From sequence record OZ035760.1: DNA of 64,000 bases, one strand, 5' to 3'. Below, piece by piece: positions 1 to 9,819 of this stretch; within the stretch, counting starts at the first letter, position 1; each line of letters opens with the position of its first letter. The stretch is from Tequatrovirus NIC06P2. A program made the translations under genes and the position numbers. The notes under the pieces are model-generated. The model worked only from the letters and a program-made list of their open reading frames with translations. It did not search any database and was not told the DNA's origin.

Positions 1-47
1 TTTCTAGAATATCAATTTTGATTGTGTATTGAACTACGGATTGAGAA

Positions 48-167
48 TCAATAATCATAGACCTTCCCCTTATGTTTCTGTTTGCGATTAGATTCTTTAA
101 ACGCTTTCTTCTTATCCTTATGAACAGAAGCTTTATTAAAATTATGTTTTGCGACTAAATTGTTCAT
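48..167 (-). CDS. hypothetical small lysine-rich protein (39 aa)
   Basis: ATG at 167 preceded by GAGG Shine-Dalgarno; translation MNNLVAKHNFNKASVHKDKKKAFKESNRKQKHKGKVYDY; below ORF-track size cutoff. Confidence 0.3.
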   Translation of the reverse strand: MNNLVAKHNFNKASVHKDKKKAFKESNRKQKHKGKVYDY

Positions 168-360
168 AGTGCTGAATTACCTCTCTTAAACATTTGCATG
201 TGAATGAGAACTTTTTAGCTACACCACATTCAAATATATGTTCTCTTAAATCACGTGTATCAGTATATCCCATCTCAACAATAAAATGCCTTATTAGATT
301 TTTATCTTTATCATTGAGAGAGTTAAAATAATCGGATTTTGAATTAATTTCCCTGGTCAA
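142..360 (-). CDS. hypothetical protein (72 aa)
   Basis: ORF in track; part of compact minus-strand array downstream of motA; start may be over-extended. Confidence 0.4.
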   Translation of the reverse strand: MTREINSKSDYFNSLNDKDKNLIRHFIVEMGYTDTRDLREHIFECGVAKKFSFTCKCLREVIQHYEQFSRKT

Positions 361-640
361 ATTGAATCACCTTCAGTTGACGTTTTAGCTCTTTTATCAT
401 TTCTTCGTTCATCGCAATATAAAGATCGCGTAGAGCAGGTTTTAGCATTCCATTTACTGGAGAACTAAATGGGCACACATAATCTTTTCCTACGAGCTTT
501 TTAGTGAATTCCATATTACAGAACTGAAATGCCGGTTCATTGGCATAAATTCCCCATTTGGTTGACATCATTTTATTGGCATATTCCAGTGCCTGGATTT
601 GATTCATAATTCCATCAATTTGAAACTTTTTAATATTCAT
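344..640 (-). CDS. hypothetical protein (98 aa)
   Basis: ORF in track; start/stop overlap with neighbours typical of T-even early gene arrays. Confidence 0.5.
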   Translation of the reverse strand: MNIKKFQIDGIMNQIQALEYANKMMSTKWGIYANEPAFQFCNMEFTKKLVGKDYVCPFSSPVNGMLKPALRDLYIAMNEEMIKELKRQLKVIQFDQGN

Positions 641-1101
641 TAGTAAAGGTCCTCAGAGTAAAGTTCTTTTTCATTACCACCACGTTCAATACGTACTTGT
701 CCAGCGTAAGTTGCAATAATCATTGCTTCTTCACGTGTCCAATAATTACTATATTGGTCAATAAACCCTTGGTCATCATCACAAACTTGCTGAGTAACTA
801 ATTGAGGTTTAACTACATCTAAAACTTCTGCCATATCTTTAGAATAATGACGAGCACCTGGAATAATAAGAGTTCGTCCATCTTTTAATTTAAAACGGTT
901 GGCTGCACAGACAATTCGTCGTTGATACTTTTGGTTTTCATCCCAATACACAGTCTGCCAACAGATTTCAGGAACTTCATCTAAAACATTTTGTTCTGTA
1001 TATTCACCGCCGTAAGAAGCTAATTTAGCAGCCAGACTTTCCGGAGTCTCACGCGACAAAGCTTTATCTAACAGAGCTAAACGTTCTTTAAAAGTTTTCA
1101 T
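640..1101 (-). CDS. hypothetical protein (153 aa)
   Basis: ORF in track; stop/start overlap with flanking ORFs. Confidence 0.55.
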   Translation of the reverse strand: MKTFKERLALLDKALSRETPESLAAKLASYGGEYTEQNVLDEVPEICWQTVYWDENQKYQRRIVCAANRFKLKDGRTLIIPGARHYSKDMAEVLDVVKPQLVTQQVCDDDQGFIDQYSNYWTREEAMIIATYAGQVRIERGGNEKELYSEDLY

Positions 1102-1427
1102 TTAAACCATCCTTTAATACGTTGCCACAAAGTTTTCTGCTGAGCTTTGTTAACACCAATTGAGCGAATAACCGGTTGAGATTCCTGGAATTCTTTATAA
1201 TCATCAAGGTAAATTTCGTAAGCTGCATCTGTAAATGAACTTATTGCTGCCATAAAATTATTGCGAATACCTACTGGAGCATCTTTACTTTCACGAATAA
1301 TCATGTATTTACCAGTCTTAATCTTTACGATAGTTCCAAGATAAGCTCCATGGTACCAAATATCCCAACCCTCTTGAGTAGGTTCTGCACAACGACGAAG
1401 TTCATTAACGATTTCTAACTTGTTCAT
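1098..1427 (-). CDS. hypothetical protein (109 aa)
   Basis: ORF in track; immediately downstream of motA. Confidence 0.55.
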   Translation of the reverse strand: MNKLEIVNELRRCAEPTQEGWDIWYHGAYLGTIVKIKTGKYMIIRESKDAPVGIRNNFMAAISSFTDAAYEIYLDDYKEFQESQPVIRSIGVNKAQQKTLWQRIKGWFK

Positions 1428-1437
1428 TATTTATTCC

Positions 1438-2073
1438 TCACAGTTCAGATGCTACAATGATTACAGCTTCAATGTTTTCTGCCGAGCGTTTAATGTCAAG
1501 ATACACATTACCGTTTTTAGCGATTTTACATGACATTCCGATATCAGTAAATTTCTGAATATGATGTTCCATCATTTTGTATCCAAAAATTCGCATATTT
1601 CCATTGTTGTTAATTTCAAAATTACGAATTCCGTGAGTACGTTTTTCTAAAATAGCGAGATAGTTACTACGATAAGTTTCAACCTTTTTAAGAACAAATC
1701 CATTTTCATCTAGCAGTTTTAACATGAGGTCTTTATCTTCTTCCATATCGGAAGTAATCTCGCGAGCTTTACGAGTTGCTCGTTTTTTCAGCAGTTCCGG
1801 AGCATTTTCTTGTGCATATAAAGTTGCTGCGTTTGAAATAATATCCTGAGCTTCACCAGTAATGATTAATCCATCACCAGATTTCTCCACCAGGCCTTTT
1901 TTAATCAATACCCCAATATTACTATTAACTACTGCGTTACCTAAATCTGGATGCACCTCACGAACTTCTGCAGCTGTAATGAAATCTTTCTTAGCAATAG
2001 TAATTAAAATCGCAGCAGTTTTTTCATTCAGAACATCGTTAGAAGCTTTGATGATGTAAGTTACTTTAGACAT
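1438..2073 (-). CDS. motA: MotA middle-transcription activator
   Basis: 211 aa, N-terminus MSKVTYIIKASNDVLNEKTAAILITIAKKDF; length and sequence match T4 MotA from memory; position next to gene 52. Confidence 0.88.
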   Translation of the reverse strand: MSKVTYIIKASNDVLNEKTAAILITIAKKDFITAAEVREVHPDLGNAVVNSNIGVLIKKGLVEKSGDGLIITGEAQDIISNAATLYAQENAPELLKKRATRKAREITSDMEEDKDLMLKLLDENGFVLKKVETYRSNYLAILEKRTHGIRNFEINNNGNMRIFGYKMMEHHIQKFTDIGMSCKIAKNGNVYLDIKRSAENIEAVIIVASEL

Positions 2074-2114
2074 TTTCTAATCTCCGTAATTCTGTATCAG
2101 TAGTTGATAGTTGT

Positions 2115-2144
2115 ATAGTACCACAGTATGCTTTGGTTGTAAAC
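2115..2144 (-). promoter_or_regulatory. T4-type early promoter upstream of motA (minus strand TTTACA-N17-TACTAT)
   Basis: reverse complement reads GGTTTACAACCAAAGCATACTGTGGTACTATACAACTATCAACTAC; same cassette recurs many times in the window. Confidence 0.6.
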
Positions 2145-2173
2145 CGTTTTGTGAAAAAAATTTAAAATAAAAA

Positions 2174-2195
2174 AGGGAGAGCCTCGGCTCTCCCT
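2174..2195 (-). terminator. intrinsic terminator hairpin (GGGAGAGCC-GAGG-GGCTCTCCC) followed by U-run on minus-strand RNA
   Basis: perfect GC-rich inverted repeat flanked on plus strand by AAAATAAAAAA (U-tract in minus transcript); directly after the small ORF 2200..2349. Confidence 0.65.
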
Positions 2196-2199
2196 AAAA

Positions 2200-2349
2200 T
2201 TACTGCATGACTGTGATAACTGTCATGATAACACGTTGAATTCCGAACGCAAGAAGACCTCCTGCTACGGCTGGAACAACACCTAAACCCGCCAGTAAAA
2301 TGCTACCGGATACTAATGCAGCGCTTGTAATACCAATGAATGGACTCAT
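2200..2349 (-). CDS. small hydrophobic membrane protein (49 aa), 52.1-like
   Basis: ATG overlaps gene 52 stop (ATGA); translation MSPFIGITSAALVSGSILLAGLGVVPAVAGGLLAFGIQRVIMTVITVMQ; below ORF-track cutoff. Confidence 0.5.
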   Translation of the reverse strand: MSPFIGITSAALVSGSILLAGLGVVPAVAGGLLAFGIQRVIMTVITVMQ

Positions 2350-3674
2350 TTGATTTCCTCTAAATCTTTGGTGTATTCTGTAACTACATCAGTAGTTTTC
2401 CAATATTCGTTTTCTTCTTTTTTAGCTTTAGCTTCTTCTGCAAGTTTCTTTGCTTCGTCGGAAGTCATATGAAAAATATTCATTCCGACTAGTTTATCAA
2501 CATAAGAAGAATACATATCGATTTTCGAAAGTTCTTCGGTCAGTTCTTTACGAGTTTTACCCTGTACAACAATTTCACCTGAAATTACTTTCTTAATGAA
2601 ATGCGCCTTGGCAAAGGCTAAACGAAAAGCGGACTCAGTTTCTTTAATTTTGTTATCAATTCGTTTTTGGACATAAGTTTTACGAACTTCAACAAAGTCT
2701 TTAATTAAATCAACTACGTTATCGTAAACTTGTAGTTTTCCTTTCTCATTAATAACGGTAATATTCTGAGAACGACGCTCAATCAACCCGAAGTCTTTCA
2801 TAATTTTTGCATGGCGTTCTTCTTCGTTATCGCTCAAAGAATATTCTTTACGGAATTTAACTTTGAATCCAAAACCATGCTCACCACAAGCATCATCCCA
2901 TGTAATGAAGCCTTTATCTTCAAGTGGGTCTAAAATTTTACTCACGTAAGTTTCACGATCATACTTATACGGAATCTCAGTGATATGCATTTGAGTTCGT
3001 GAAGTAAACTTATATGTTCCACGAATTTCATATTGTCCATCAATTTCAACGACTTCACCACGAAATTCTGGGAATTCTACCTTCGGTTTAGTTACTTTCT
3101 TTCCTTGAAGAGCTTGCAGTACAGCTTTCTTGACAGAAGAAACACTATGAGGAAGAATGTAAGTTGCATAACCAGTTGCAATACCGGAAACGCCATTAAG
3201 AAGAACAGTAGGAATAACAGGCAAATAGAAAGCAGGCGGAATGTGTTCTTTATCTTGATGTACCGGAGCATATTCAGTATCTTTATATACGTTATAGAAA
3301 TTTTTACTTACACGAGCAAAAATATAACGACTTGCCGCTGCCTTTTGGACAGTACGAGAACCAAAGTTTCCTTGACCATCTAACAGAGGAAAATTATTAT
3401 TCCAAGTGTTAGCCATCAAAGCACCTGCGTCTTGCGCAGAGTTTTCACCATGATGATATCCAAGGTCCGCTACACCGCCTGCGATAGAAGCGAGTTTGTG
3501 AAACTTATCTTTATTTCCTCGTGCCAAATCAAGAGCTCGAGCAATAACAAATCGTTGAACTGGCTTAAATCCGTCAATCATATTTGGGATAGCACGATTT
3601 TCAACCGTGTACATAGCATAAGCCAATGCTTCATTATCAATGATACTTTTTAAATCGCGATTATTCAGTTGCAT
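2346..3674 (-). CDS. 52: DNA topoisomerase II medium subunit (GyrA-like)
   Basis: 442 aa, MQLNNRDLKSIIDNEALAYAMYTVENRAIPNMIDGFKPVQRFV; same length as T4 gp52 and characteristic GyrA N-terminal motif. Confidence 0.95.
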   Translation of the reverse strand: MQLNNRDLKSIIDNEALAYAMYTVENRAIPNMIDGFKPVQRFVIARALDLARGNKDKFHKLASIAGGVADLGYHHGENSAQDAGALMANTWNNNFPLLDGQGNFGSRTVQKAAASRYIFARVSKNFYNVYKDTEYAPVHQDKEHIPPAFYLPVIPTVLLNGVSGIATGYATYILPHSVSSVKKAVLQALQGKKVTKPKVEFPEFRGEVVEIDGQYEIRGTYKFTSRTQMHITEIPYKYDRETYVSKILDPLEDKGFITWDDACGEHGFGFKVKFRKEYSLSDNEEERHAKIMKDFGLIERRSQNITVINEKGKLQVYDNVVDLIKDFVEVRKTYVQKRIDNKIKETESAFRLAFAKAHFIKKVISGEIVVQGKTRKELTEELSKIDMYSSYVDKLVGMNIFHMTSDEAKKLAEEAKAKKEENEYWKTTDVVTEYTKDLEEIK

Positions 3675-3678
3675 AAAT

Positions 3679-3819
3679 TTACCATACTAGTGAATGTAGT
3701 GCCATAATAACATCAGAAATGAAAAGCACGACTTGAATTAATCCAAACATTACTCCATAATATAGTGCTACCAATAAAGCAGCAAGGGCTAATGAATAGC
3801 CCAAGATTTTCTTAATCAT
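3679..3819 (-). CDS. small membrane protein (46 aa)
   Basis: ATG overlaps stop of upstream small ORF; hydrophobic translation MIKKILGYSLALAALLVALYYGVMFGLIQVVLFISDVIMALHSLVW; not in ORF track. Confidence 0.4.
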   Translation of the reverse strand: MIKKILGYSLALAALLVALYYGVMFGLIQVVLFISDVIMALHSLVW

Positions 3820-3970
3820 TAGTAGATAACAACACAAATGTTAAATATGCACACATACCCTGGGCTAAAGCTTGTGAAAACACACTGCTGGCATCGATAC
3901 AGATAGTTAAAACACATGCTACTATCCAACAAATAAATGAAATAACTCCTAATAATTTTGCAATATTCAT
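3812..3970 (-). CDS. small membrane protein (52 aa), possibly ac-like
   Basis: ATG at 3970 with GAGGAG Shine-Dalgarno; MNIAKLLGVISFICWIVACVLTICIDASSVFSQALAQGMCAYLTFVLLSTND; located between ndd and 52 where T4 carries ac/stp. Confidence 0.45.
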   Translation of the reverse strand: MNIAKLLGVISFICWIVACVLTICIDASSVFSQALAQGMCAYLTFVLLSTND

Positions 3971-4066
3971 AATATTCTCCTCAACTATTTTTAAAACCTA
4001 AAATACCAAAGTTTTTAAAATTATTACGATAGAACTGCATCACATGTTCGTTATGGAAATTACTCA

Positions 4067-4525
4067 TTAATATGCCTGCAAAACAAATTTAAAGTTATCA
4101 GCCAACATACGGTTCATTTCTTCAAGCGTTTGATACTCAGAATGATGGTTACGAGTAAACGCCAAAGCTAACTGACCTTTTCCAAATCCTGTCGTCAGAG
4201 GTTTCATCTTAGAAGCAGGCAGATAAAACACTGTGTATGGAACATTGTTATTTGCAATAGTACGCGCAAGTTGAGACCGGCGTTGACGAATATGACTTAA
4301 AACCGCACTGAATCCTTGCTTAGAACGCTGATTACCTACATAAAATCGTGCAGACACACATGGATTACTAAATGGACGACCATCTAATTTACTTACTAAA
4401 AAGTAAAATCCAGGTTTAGATAAAATATCTTTATGTGGAGTTCCTAAAAACCATTCACCACCCTTGATTGTACCAATAACAGTAGCGCCTGCGTTGTTCA
4501 GATCAGTAACAGTCATATATTTCAT
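4067..4525 (-). CDS. ndd: Ndd nucleoid disruption protein
   Basis: ORF-track ORF trimmed to internal ATG with GAGGA Shine-Dalgarno; [43 protein letters not shown]; about 152 aa as T4 Ndd. Confidence 0.8.
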   Translation of the reverse strand: MKYMTVTDLNNAGATVIGTIKGGEWFLGTPHKDILSKPGFYFLVSKLDGRPFSNPCVSARFYVGNQRSKQGFSAVLSHIRQRRSQLARTIANNNVPYTVFYLPASKMKPLTTGFGKGQLALAFTRNHHSEYQTLEEMNRMLADNFKFVLQAY

Positions 4526-4585
4526 ATTAATTTCCTCTAAATTATTTTCTACTCCAAGGCCGCATGAATACACACGGCCATTAAA

Positions 4586-4801
4586 TTAATCGTCGCAGTC
4601 GACGCTCAATTCCCAAAACTCTTCTACGGTATAAGTTTCAGTATCATTTTCAATACAGAAACGTTCATTACTGTTATTTACTAAAGTAGCGTTAACTGTC
4701 GGTTTCTCGCTGGTGCTCTTAAGAGGCGAAACACGAATTAACTGATCACCGTTATCTAAACAAAAAATTTCACCAACTTTTACATCTTTAAAAATTTTCA
4801 T
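4586..4801 (-). CDS. hypothetical protein (71 aa)
   Basis: ORF in track between denB region and ndd. Confidence 0.5.
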   Translation of the reverse strand: MKIFKDVKVGEIFCLDNGDQLIRVSPLKSTSEKPTVNATLVNNSNERFCIENDTETYTVEEFWELSVDCDD

Positions 4802-4916
4802 AATTCACCTCAAGGAGTATAAAATCCAAATGCAGTTGTTGACCATCCCATCCAATATGGAAAATTTGCACCAATGTAAAACATAAGAATATAAAACCAA
4901 ATGTTTAGTAAATTCA

Positions 4917-5135
4917 TCATTTTACACCATTCCAAATTGTTTCAACTACGGATTTTAAACCATTTTGATGAATATCAATTCCGACTACTGTCATCAAATA
5001 GATTCCAACTACAACTGAACCTAAGGCAAAAATCAGCATGAAAATGAATAAAGCCGGAAAAATATTATCGAAAAACCATTCAATAAATGTAAAAGCACTG
5101 CGTTTACGCTTCATATTTTCCTCACATAAATCCAA
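4917..5135 (-). CDS. small membrane protein (72 aa)
   Basis: ORF in track; two predicted hydrophobic helices. Confidence 0.5.
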   Translation of the reverse strand: MDLCEENMKRKRSAFTFIEWFFDNIFPALFIFMLIFALGSVVVGIYLMTVVGIDIHQNGLKSVVETIWNGVK

Positions 5136-5235
5136 AGTAAACGTTTAATACATCAATCATTAAAACGATTGGGAATATACTCAAAACTAATAATATTATA
5201 ACTACATTCCATATAGCTTTAATAATCTTTTTCAT
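5122..5235 (-). CDS. small membrane protein (37 aa)
   Basis: internal ATG with GGAGGA Shine-Dalgarno directly downstream of promoter cassette; MKKIIKAIWNVVIILLVLSIFPIVLMIDVLNVYFGFM; the 82-aa ORF-track call reads through the promoter. Confidence 0.45.
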   Translation of the reverse strand: MKKIIKAIWNVVIILLVLSIFPIVLMIDVLNVYFGFM

Positions 5236-5263
5236 TTTCTGTTCCTCCGTAGTTGATAGGGTA

Positions 5264-5293
5264 ATAATACCACAGAGGAACAGTCTTGTAAAC
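5264..5293 (-). promoter_or_regulatory. T4-type early promoter (TTTACA-N17-TATTAT on minus strand)
   Basis: reverse complement GTTGTTTACAAGACTGTTCCTCTGTGGTATTATTACCCTATCAACTACGGAGGAACAGAAAATG. Confidence 0.6.
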
Positions 5294-5478
5294 AACTTTT
5301 TTAAAAATATTCGTAATAAATGTGAATACCAACTACTACCGCTGAAACCTGTGCAACCCACCACGCACAAGCAATAAGTACAGAATTCATAATTTTCATA
5401 ATAACCTCATTACAAAAGTAAATGTTAAACAAATTACTGGAATACTAATTAACCAAACAAAACACCACCACAGTGAAC

Positions 5479-5742
5479 TCATAGCTCAATCTCAATGATT
5501 TCAAGATTATTTTCTTTAATAGCTTTCTTTAAATCATCGTAAATAAGAACTTCCCAAGAATTGTTTAAATCACCATTCAACAAACGCTCTTGTTGCAATT
5601 TATCAGTAAGATATGGTTGATCTGATTCATATTTAGACAATCCCAATGAAATAAATGATGTTGCATCATCAATTTCAGAATATTGTACATAAACAAATTC
5701 ACCTGTGATTTTATGTTTAACATAAAAGAATTTAAATTTCAT
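5479..5742 (-). CDS. hypothetical protein (87 aa)
   Basis: ATG preceded by GGAGGA and by the promoter cassette at 5769..5799. Confidence 0.6.
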   Translation of the reverse strand: MKFKFFYVKHKITGEFVYVQYSEIDDATSFISLGLSKYESDQPYLTDKLQQERLLNGDLNNSWEVLIYDDLKKAIKENNLEIIEIEL

Positions 5743-5768
5743 TTTTGTTCCTCCGTAGTTGATAGGGT

Positions 5769-5799
5769 AATAGTACCACGGTCCTTGTGGTATGTAAAC
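5769..5799 (-). promoter_or_regulatory. T4-type early promoter
   Basis: reverse complement CTAGTTTACATACCACAAGGACCGTGGTACTATTACCCTATCAACTACGGAGGAACAAAAATG. Confidence 0.6.
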
Positions 5800-5815
5800 T
5801 AGTTTATGAAAATTT

Positions 5816-6373
5816 TTAGATGGAAAGATACCATCCGTTGTAGTTGCTTTTTCGCACTACCTTACGAAGGTCTTCTCTATCCCCAATGAACTTCGGAGTG
5901 TACTGGATGACACCTGGATGAATTTCTTTAGTGTTGAATATAATTATACAGTCCGCGACTTGATGATTTAGAATGGGCCCTAGATTTATTCCAGAACCGT
6001 ATGGATACTCTCCGCTGCATCCTGTTGTTACCGAAATCCAACGTGAGTCAGTTTGATGTGTCTTAACTTCTACACGAAGCCCACAGTATTTTGGATGTGC
6101 TAAAACATCCCATGCATATGTGTACGGATCATCGACATCTTCTTGGCCTTTATTGACATATCCGCTTAGCCAATCTGCCACAAAAAACTCTGCGTACACA
6201 GCGATACGGCATCTTTCGATAACTTCTGCCTTATCCTGATTTGGGTTCTGTTTTAAAGAGTATCTTACAGTATCAGCAATTTTGACCTTCATTTCATTGG
6301 TTAAATCGCTGTTCGATAGAGTAAATGTCGGAATCTGAAATAGTCTCTGTAACCCAGGATTCGTTTTCTGCAT
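5816..6373 (-). CDS. denB: endonuclease IV (DenB)
   Basis: 185 aa, same length as T4 DenB; position immediately downstream of rIIB on the minus-strand transcription path. Confidence 0.75.
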   Translation of the reverse strand: MQKTNPGLQRLFQIPTFTLSNSDLTNEMKVKIADTVRYSLKQNPNQDKAEVIERCRIAVYAEFFVADWLSGYVNKGQEDVDDPYTYAWDVLAHPKYCGLRVEVKTHQTDSRWISVTTGCSGEYPYGSGINLGPILNHQVADCIIIFNTKEIHPGVIQYTPKFIGDREDLRKVVRKSNYNGWYLSI

Positions 6374-6431
6374 TTAAACTTTCCTTTATGTCGGAATCAC
6401 TGATATTCATATAATAAATCATAATTTCTCT

Positions 6432-6455
6432 TAAAACAAAAGGGCCGAAGCCCTT
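6432..6455 (-). terminator. stem-loop GGGCCGAAGCCC with U-run in minus transcript
   Basis: minus RNA reads AAGGGCUUCGGCCCUUUUGUUUU; UUCG tetraloop on 4-bp GC stem. Confidence 0.55.
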
Positions 6456-6458
6456 ATT

Positions 6459-6653
6459 TTATTTGAATTGTGCAATTCTTTTCTCTAGACATTCAGCATA
6501 AGATTTCATTGAGATGAACTGTGAAAGTAACAGTTCTTGCTCAACTGCGTTAACTGTTAGAAACTTTGTGCTTTCTAAAAATTTGCTCAGTGCATTAATT
6601 TTGAGCATTAATTGATCGTATTCTTCTTTTACTCGTGCTTGATAACCTAACAT
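6459..6653 (-). CDS. hypothetical protein (64 aa)
   Basis: ORF in track bracketed by two GGGCCGAAGCCC hairpins; Shine-Dalgarno AAGGA upstream. Confidence 0.5.
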   Translation of the reverse strand: MLGYQARVKEEYDQLMLKINALSKFLESTKFLTVNAVEQELLLSQFISMKSYAECLEKRIAQFK

Positions 6654-6668
6654 AATTTTCCTTAGTTA

Positions 6669-6680
6669 AGGGCCGAAGCC
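6669..6680 (-). other. intergenic RNA stem-loop GGGCCGAAGCCC between rIIB stop and next gene Shine-Dalgarno
   Basis: identical 12-nt hairpin recurs at least six times in the window. Confidence 0.5.
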
Positions 6681-6681
6681 C

Positions 6682-7620
6682 TTATTTAAATTGTTCAGTA
6701 ACGTCTTCAACTACTTCGTATTGGCAGGTACGCATTTTAGCATCGTTGTAATCAATCGGAATTGATACTACATCACGCGGATGTACTTTAACTTTTACAA
6801 CTCGGCTGGTTGAACTGCCAAAGTGACGAATATAAGATTTAGAACACACATGCAGACCACGAGAACAAGTTTGTGTATCATCGTCATTCACACGAGTACG
6901 TGGCATTTTAACTACTTTACCCGGACTGTTATCAAAGGTGTTTGAGTGACAGTCAAAGTAGTTGTCACGAACTACTTTCCAAGCATAGAAGTAACCATCT
7001 TCGGTGATTTCAATATCGTTTGCTACCAAGAAATCAAAGAGTCGAGATACCGCTTTTTGGCTTGGGTTTTCCAACAGATTTTCCAGGAACGGAAAATAAA
7101 ATTCAAAGTTTTCACCTTTTTCCATCGAGTCAAGAATACGATCAATTAAACCAGACCGCAATTCAATATTTTGATAGAACAAGCTTCCACCTTCAATTCG
7201 AACATCACCGGAAATATATTTTTCAACAGCGCGACGAACGTTAATTTTTTGCGCAGCTTCTTCCAGCTTATCCGCTACAAGCAGATTAAGAATTTCCTGG
7301 AAGTTTGAATGAGTATTAGGAGTTGCGTTATAAGTTACACCGTCAACAGTAATTGAAATGAATTTTTTAGATGCATTCCAAATAATGTCAGATTTAGCAA
7401 CCGGAGCAATAACTGCATCGCTATTAACTTTAACTGTAATATCACCGCTAATAGTAACTTTAGGGCGTTTAGCTTCTTCAGCATTTTTCAAAACACGACG
7501 GATTGTGTCAACCGATACACCTTGCCAATCAGCCAATTCCTGTTGGGTGTAATTACCACTTGAGTACAGCTTAACAATTTCAGCTTGTTCGTTTTTGGTC
7601 AGGCATTTAATATTGTACAT
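6682..7620 (-). CDS. rIIB: rIIB membrane-associated protein
   Basis: 312 aa, MYNIKCLTKNEQAEIVKLYSSGNYTQQELADWQGVSVDTIRRVLKN; length identical to T4 rIIB; directly follows rIIA. Confidence 0.93.
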   Translation of the reverse strand: MYNIKCLTKNEQAEIVKLYSSGNYTQQELADWQGVSVDTIRRVLKNAEEAKRPKVTISGDITVKVNSDAVIAPVAKSDIIWNASKKFISITVDGVTYNATPNTHSNFQEILNLLVADKLEEAAQKINVRRAVEKYISGDVRIEGGSLFYQNIELRSGLIDRILDSMEKGENFEFYFPFLENLLENPSQKAVSRLFDFLVANDIEITEDGYFYAWKVVRDNYFDCHSNTFDNSPGKVVKMPRTRVNDDDTQTCSRGLHVCSKSYIRHFGSSTSRVVKVKVHPRDVVSIPIDYNDAKMRTCQYEVVEDVTEQFK

Positions 7621-7631
7621 AATTTTCCTTA

Positions 7632-9809
7632 TTAGGCCGCAAGGGCCTTCATAGTTTTAGCGATTTGGGAAACTTCATCATCGCTCAAAGAGTTGCGATA
7701 ACCGATGAAGTCGGAAACAATACTGAATTTCTTGGTAAACTCAGCAACCATTTTATCACTATTTTTTGAAGCATTACGTGATAATTCATCAAAAAGATTA
7801 GTTACCGTCCAGATGTCATGACCGATGGTATCTTTTCCACCATTAAAATATACACCCTGTAATGAACTAACCATATTAGCGAGTCGTGTATATTCTTCAG
7901 AAACTTCATCTACACTGAAGTACTTCATCATAAAATCTAGCTCAGGATACTTGATAATTTTATCAATATATCGTTTAGCTGAACTTGAATAACCTACATA
8001 CTTATCATAATCTACATCATCAAAAGCATCTACATATAAATCACGCAAAGCTTCAAAAATACATTGGCACTGACCGAGTTCTTTTACCTTTTTCTGTAAA
8101 AGCGGACGAATAACATAAAATTCATTAATGCCAATAAGATTAGCCATACGAATCAAAATATTCATAGATGGATGACAAAGAGATGTAGTACCATCCATAG
8201 AGAAAATATCAGAACGATGCATATACGCTACATAACCAGTAATTTCATCTGCTTCTGACGTAAGTGTAAACAGTTCCTCTTTTTCCCAACGCCCGTCTTT
8301 AATTTCAAACTTAAATGCTGTAGCAGCTTTAGGACGAGGAGCTTTACTTTTAACTACCTTTGGAATATAGCTTTTAACTAAAGCTTCAATTTCTGACAAA
8401 TAATGAATGTTAACTTCATCACTTTCAAACATCGCCATAATATCAGGAAGCAAATCAATCTGCGATTCTACTTCTGGATTAATAAACAGAAGACGTTCGT
8501 TGTGATGAATATTCAAAGTGTTATTAAATTCACTATCATCTAACGCACGTGCTAATCCACGGACAATATTAACACGATTTTTAATATTATCAATAACGAT
8601 ATTAATTTTTGTTGTATTAATACCAAACAGACGATAACTTGATGCAACGGCTGAAGTTTCATGACTTTGCTTAATGCGCTTCAGTCGAGGGTCAAGATTT
8701 ACTTCATACACAACTCCTGCATTGCATAACTTACTATCAGGTTCAAACATACTCTGCATCTTCTTATATGACAGATTTTTAGTCGTGAATTTGACTGAAT
8801 TACTAATCATATAATCTCGAGCAGAATACCCCATCTTCATCAATTCACGATATGTGTGACGAGGAGATGTAGATTCTTTAAATCGTTTTACATCTTCATT
8901 AAATGCTTTCTCACTGAGTTCTTTAACTCGTTCAATAATATTTTTACGAGTACGATCATCAAGTGAAAGAGCCTCGCGAGATGGAGCAATATCAAGTGAA
9001 CCCATTGGAAACTTAATGTAATTCACTTCATTGCGAATGCTTAACCAGTTGCGGTCTCTAATAACACCATCAATAGGATAAACAATACCGCCATAGATAG
9101 CATATAATCCACCACGATCTGGCCAGTATCTTTCTGGATTTACACCGTAATAATCATCAAAATCCGGAAAATAATCAATTTCGCGGTCAAGACCATTAAT
9201 GATAGCCAAATCTTTGAACGGTCGCATGATATAAGAAACTTCATAAGCAAAGTTTCTAAAGTCTTTTTCTTCAACTGGAACTACGATTTCAATACCAGTT
9301 TTATCATCTGGACCCATTTCTTTTACGAATGTAGGTTTAATCTGTGGACCATCACCATCCATGTAAGCTACATAACCACGAATTTCACCTTTATGATACG
9401 AAGTAATACTAAACGTATCAGTATAACTAAACGGAGATTTAGAACCTAAACCAAATCCGCCAATGAAATCGTTAGATTCAGCCTTAGATGAACTGAAGTA
9501 TGAATTATACAGACCAGGAGAATTATCATCACCCTGAATATCAAAATCACTCATACCCGGACCAAAATCTCGACAAACAAATCGTGGATCTAAACGTCCA
9601 GGAACTTGTATGATAAATTTTTCAGGATTTCCATTGAGAGCATGGGCATCAATCATGTTGGTAATCAATTCACGGACTACTGCGCGAATTTTGTTTGTAT
9701 ACAAATCAGATGACAGAATTTTAAATACTTTAGGAGATGCTGTGATGCTAAATGCTTTTGATTTAGAACCATTACCAAGAATTGTTTCTTTTTCAGTGGT
9801 GATAATCAT
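7632..9809 (-). CDS. rIIA: rIIA membrane-associated ATPase-like protein
   Basis: 725 aa, [55 protein letters not shown] (GHKL-type ATP-binding signature); length identical to T4 rIIA. Confidence 0.95.
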   Translation of the reverse strand: MIITTEKETILGNGSKSKAFSITASPKVFKILSSDLYTNKIRAVVRELITNMIDAHALNGNPEKFIIQVPGRLDPRFVCRDFGPGMSDFDIQGDDNSPGLYNSYFSSSKAESNDFIGGFGLGSKSPFSYTDTFSITSYHKGEIRGYVAYMDGDGPQIKPTFVKEMGPDDKTGIEIVVPVEEKDFRNFAYEVSYIMRPFKDLAIINGLDREIDYFPDFDDYYGVNPERYWPDRGGLYAIYGGIVYPIDGVIRDRNWLSIRNEVNYIKFPMGSLDIAPSREALSLDDRTRKNIIERVKELSEKAFNEDVKRFKESTSPRHTYRELMKMGYSARDYMISNSVKFTTKNLSYKKMQSMFEPDSKLCNAGVVYEVNLDPRLKRIKQSHETSAVASSYRLFGINTTKINIVIDNIKNRVNIVRGLARALDDSEFNNTLNIHHNERLLFINPEVESQIDLLPDIMAMFESDEVNIHYLSEIEALVKSYIPKVVKSKAPRPKAATAFKFEIKDGRWEKEELFTLTSEADEITGYVAYMHRSDIFSMDGTTSLCHPSMNILIRMANLIGINEFYVIRPLLQKKVKELGQCQCIFEALRDLYVDAFDDVDYDKYVGYSSSAKRYIDKIIKYPELDFMMKYFSVDEVSEEYTRLANMVSSLQGVYFNGGKDTIGHDIWTVTNLFDELSRNASKNSDKMVAEFTKKFSIVSDFIGYRNSLSDDEVSQIAKTMKALAA

Positions 9810-9819
9810 AATTTCCTCA

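Noticed and set aside
3033-3653. Plus-strand ORFs (116 aa and 73 aa) inside gene 52
   Set aside because: They lie entirely antisense within a well-supported 442-aa topoisomerase gene, have no Shine-Dalgarno and have low-complexity composition; shadow ORFs.
4526-4573. N-terminal extensions in ORF-track calls for ndd, 44, 55, pin, sp and 39
   Set aside because: The track uses the longest ORF with TTG/GTG starts; internal ATGs with good Shine-Dalgarno sequences reproduce the T4 protein lengths (for example ndd starts at 4525, 44 at 37903, 55 at 46073, pin at 52197).
5122-5370. 82-aa ORF-track call
   Set aside because: It reads through an early promoter cassette; the plausible product is the 37-aa peptide starting at the Shine-Dalgarno-preceded ATG at 5235.
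7635-7650. GGCCGCAAGGGCC hairpin
   Set aside because: It lies inside the rIIA coding sequence (encodes ...KALAA); hairpin potential is probably incidental or at most a 3'-end stability element, not an intergenic terminator.
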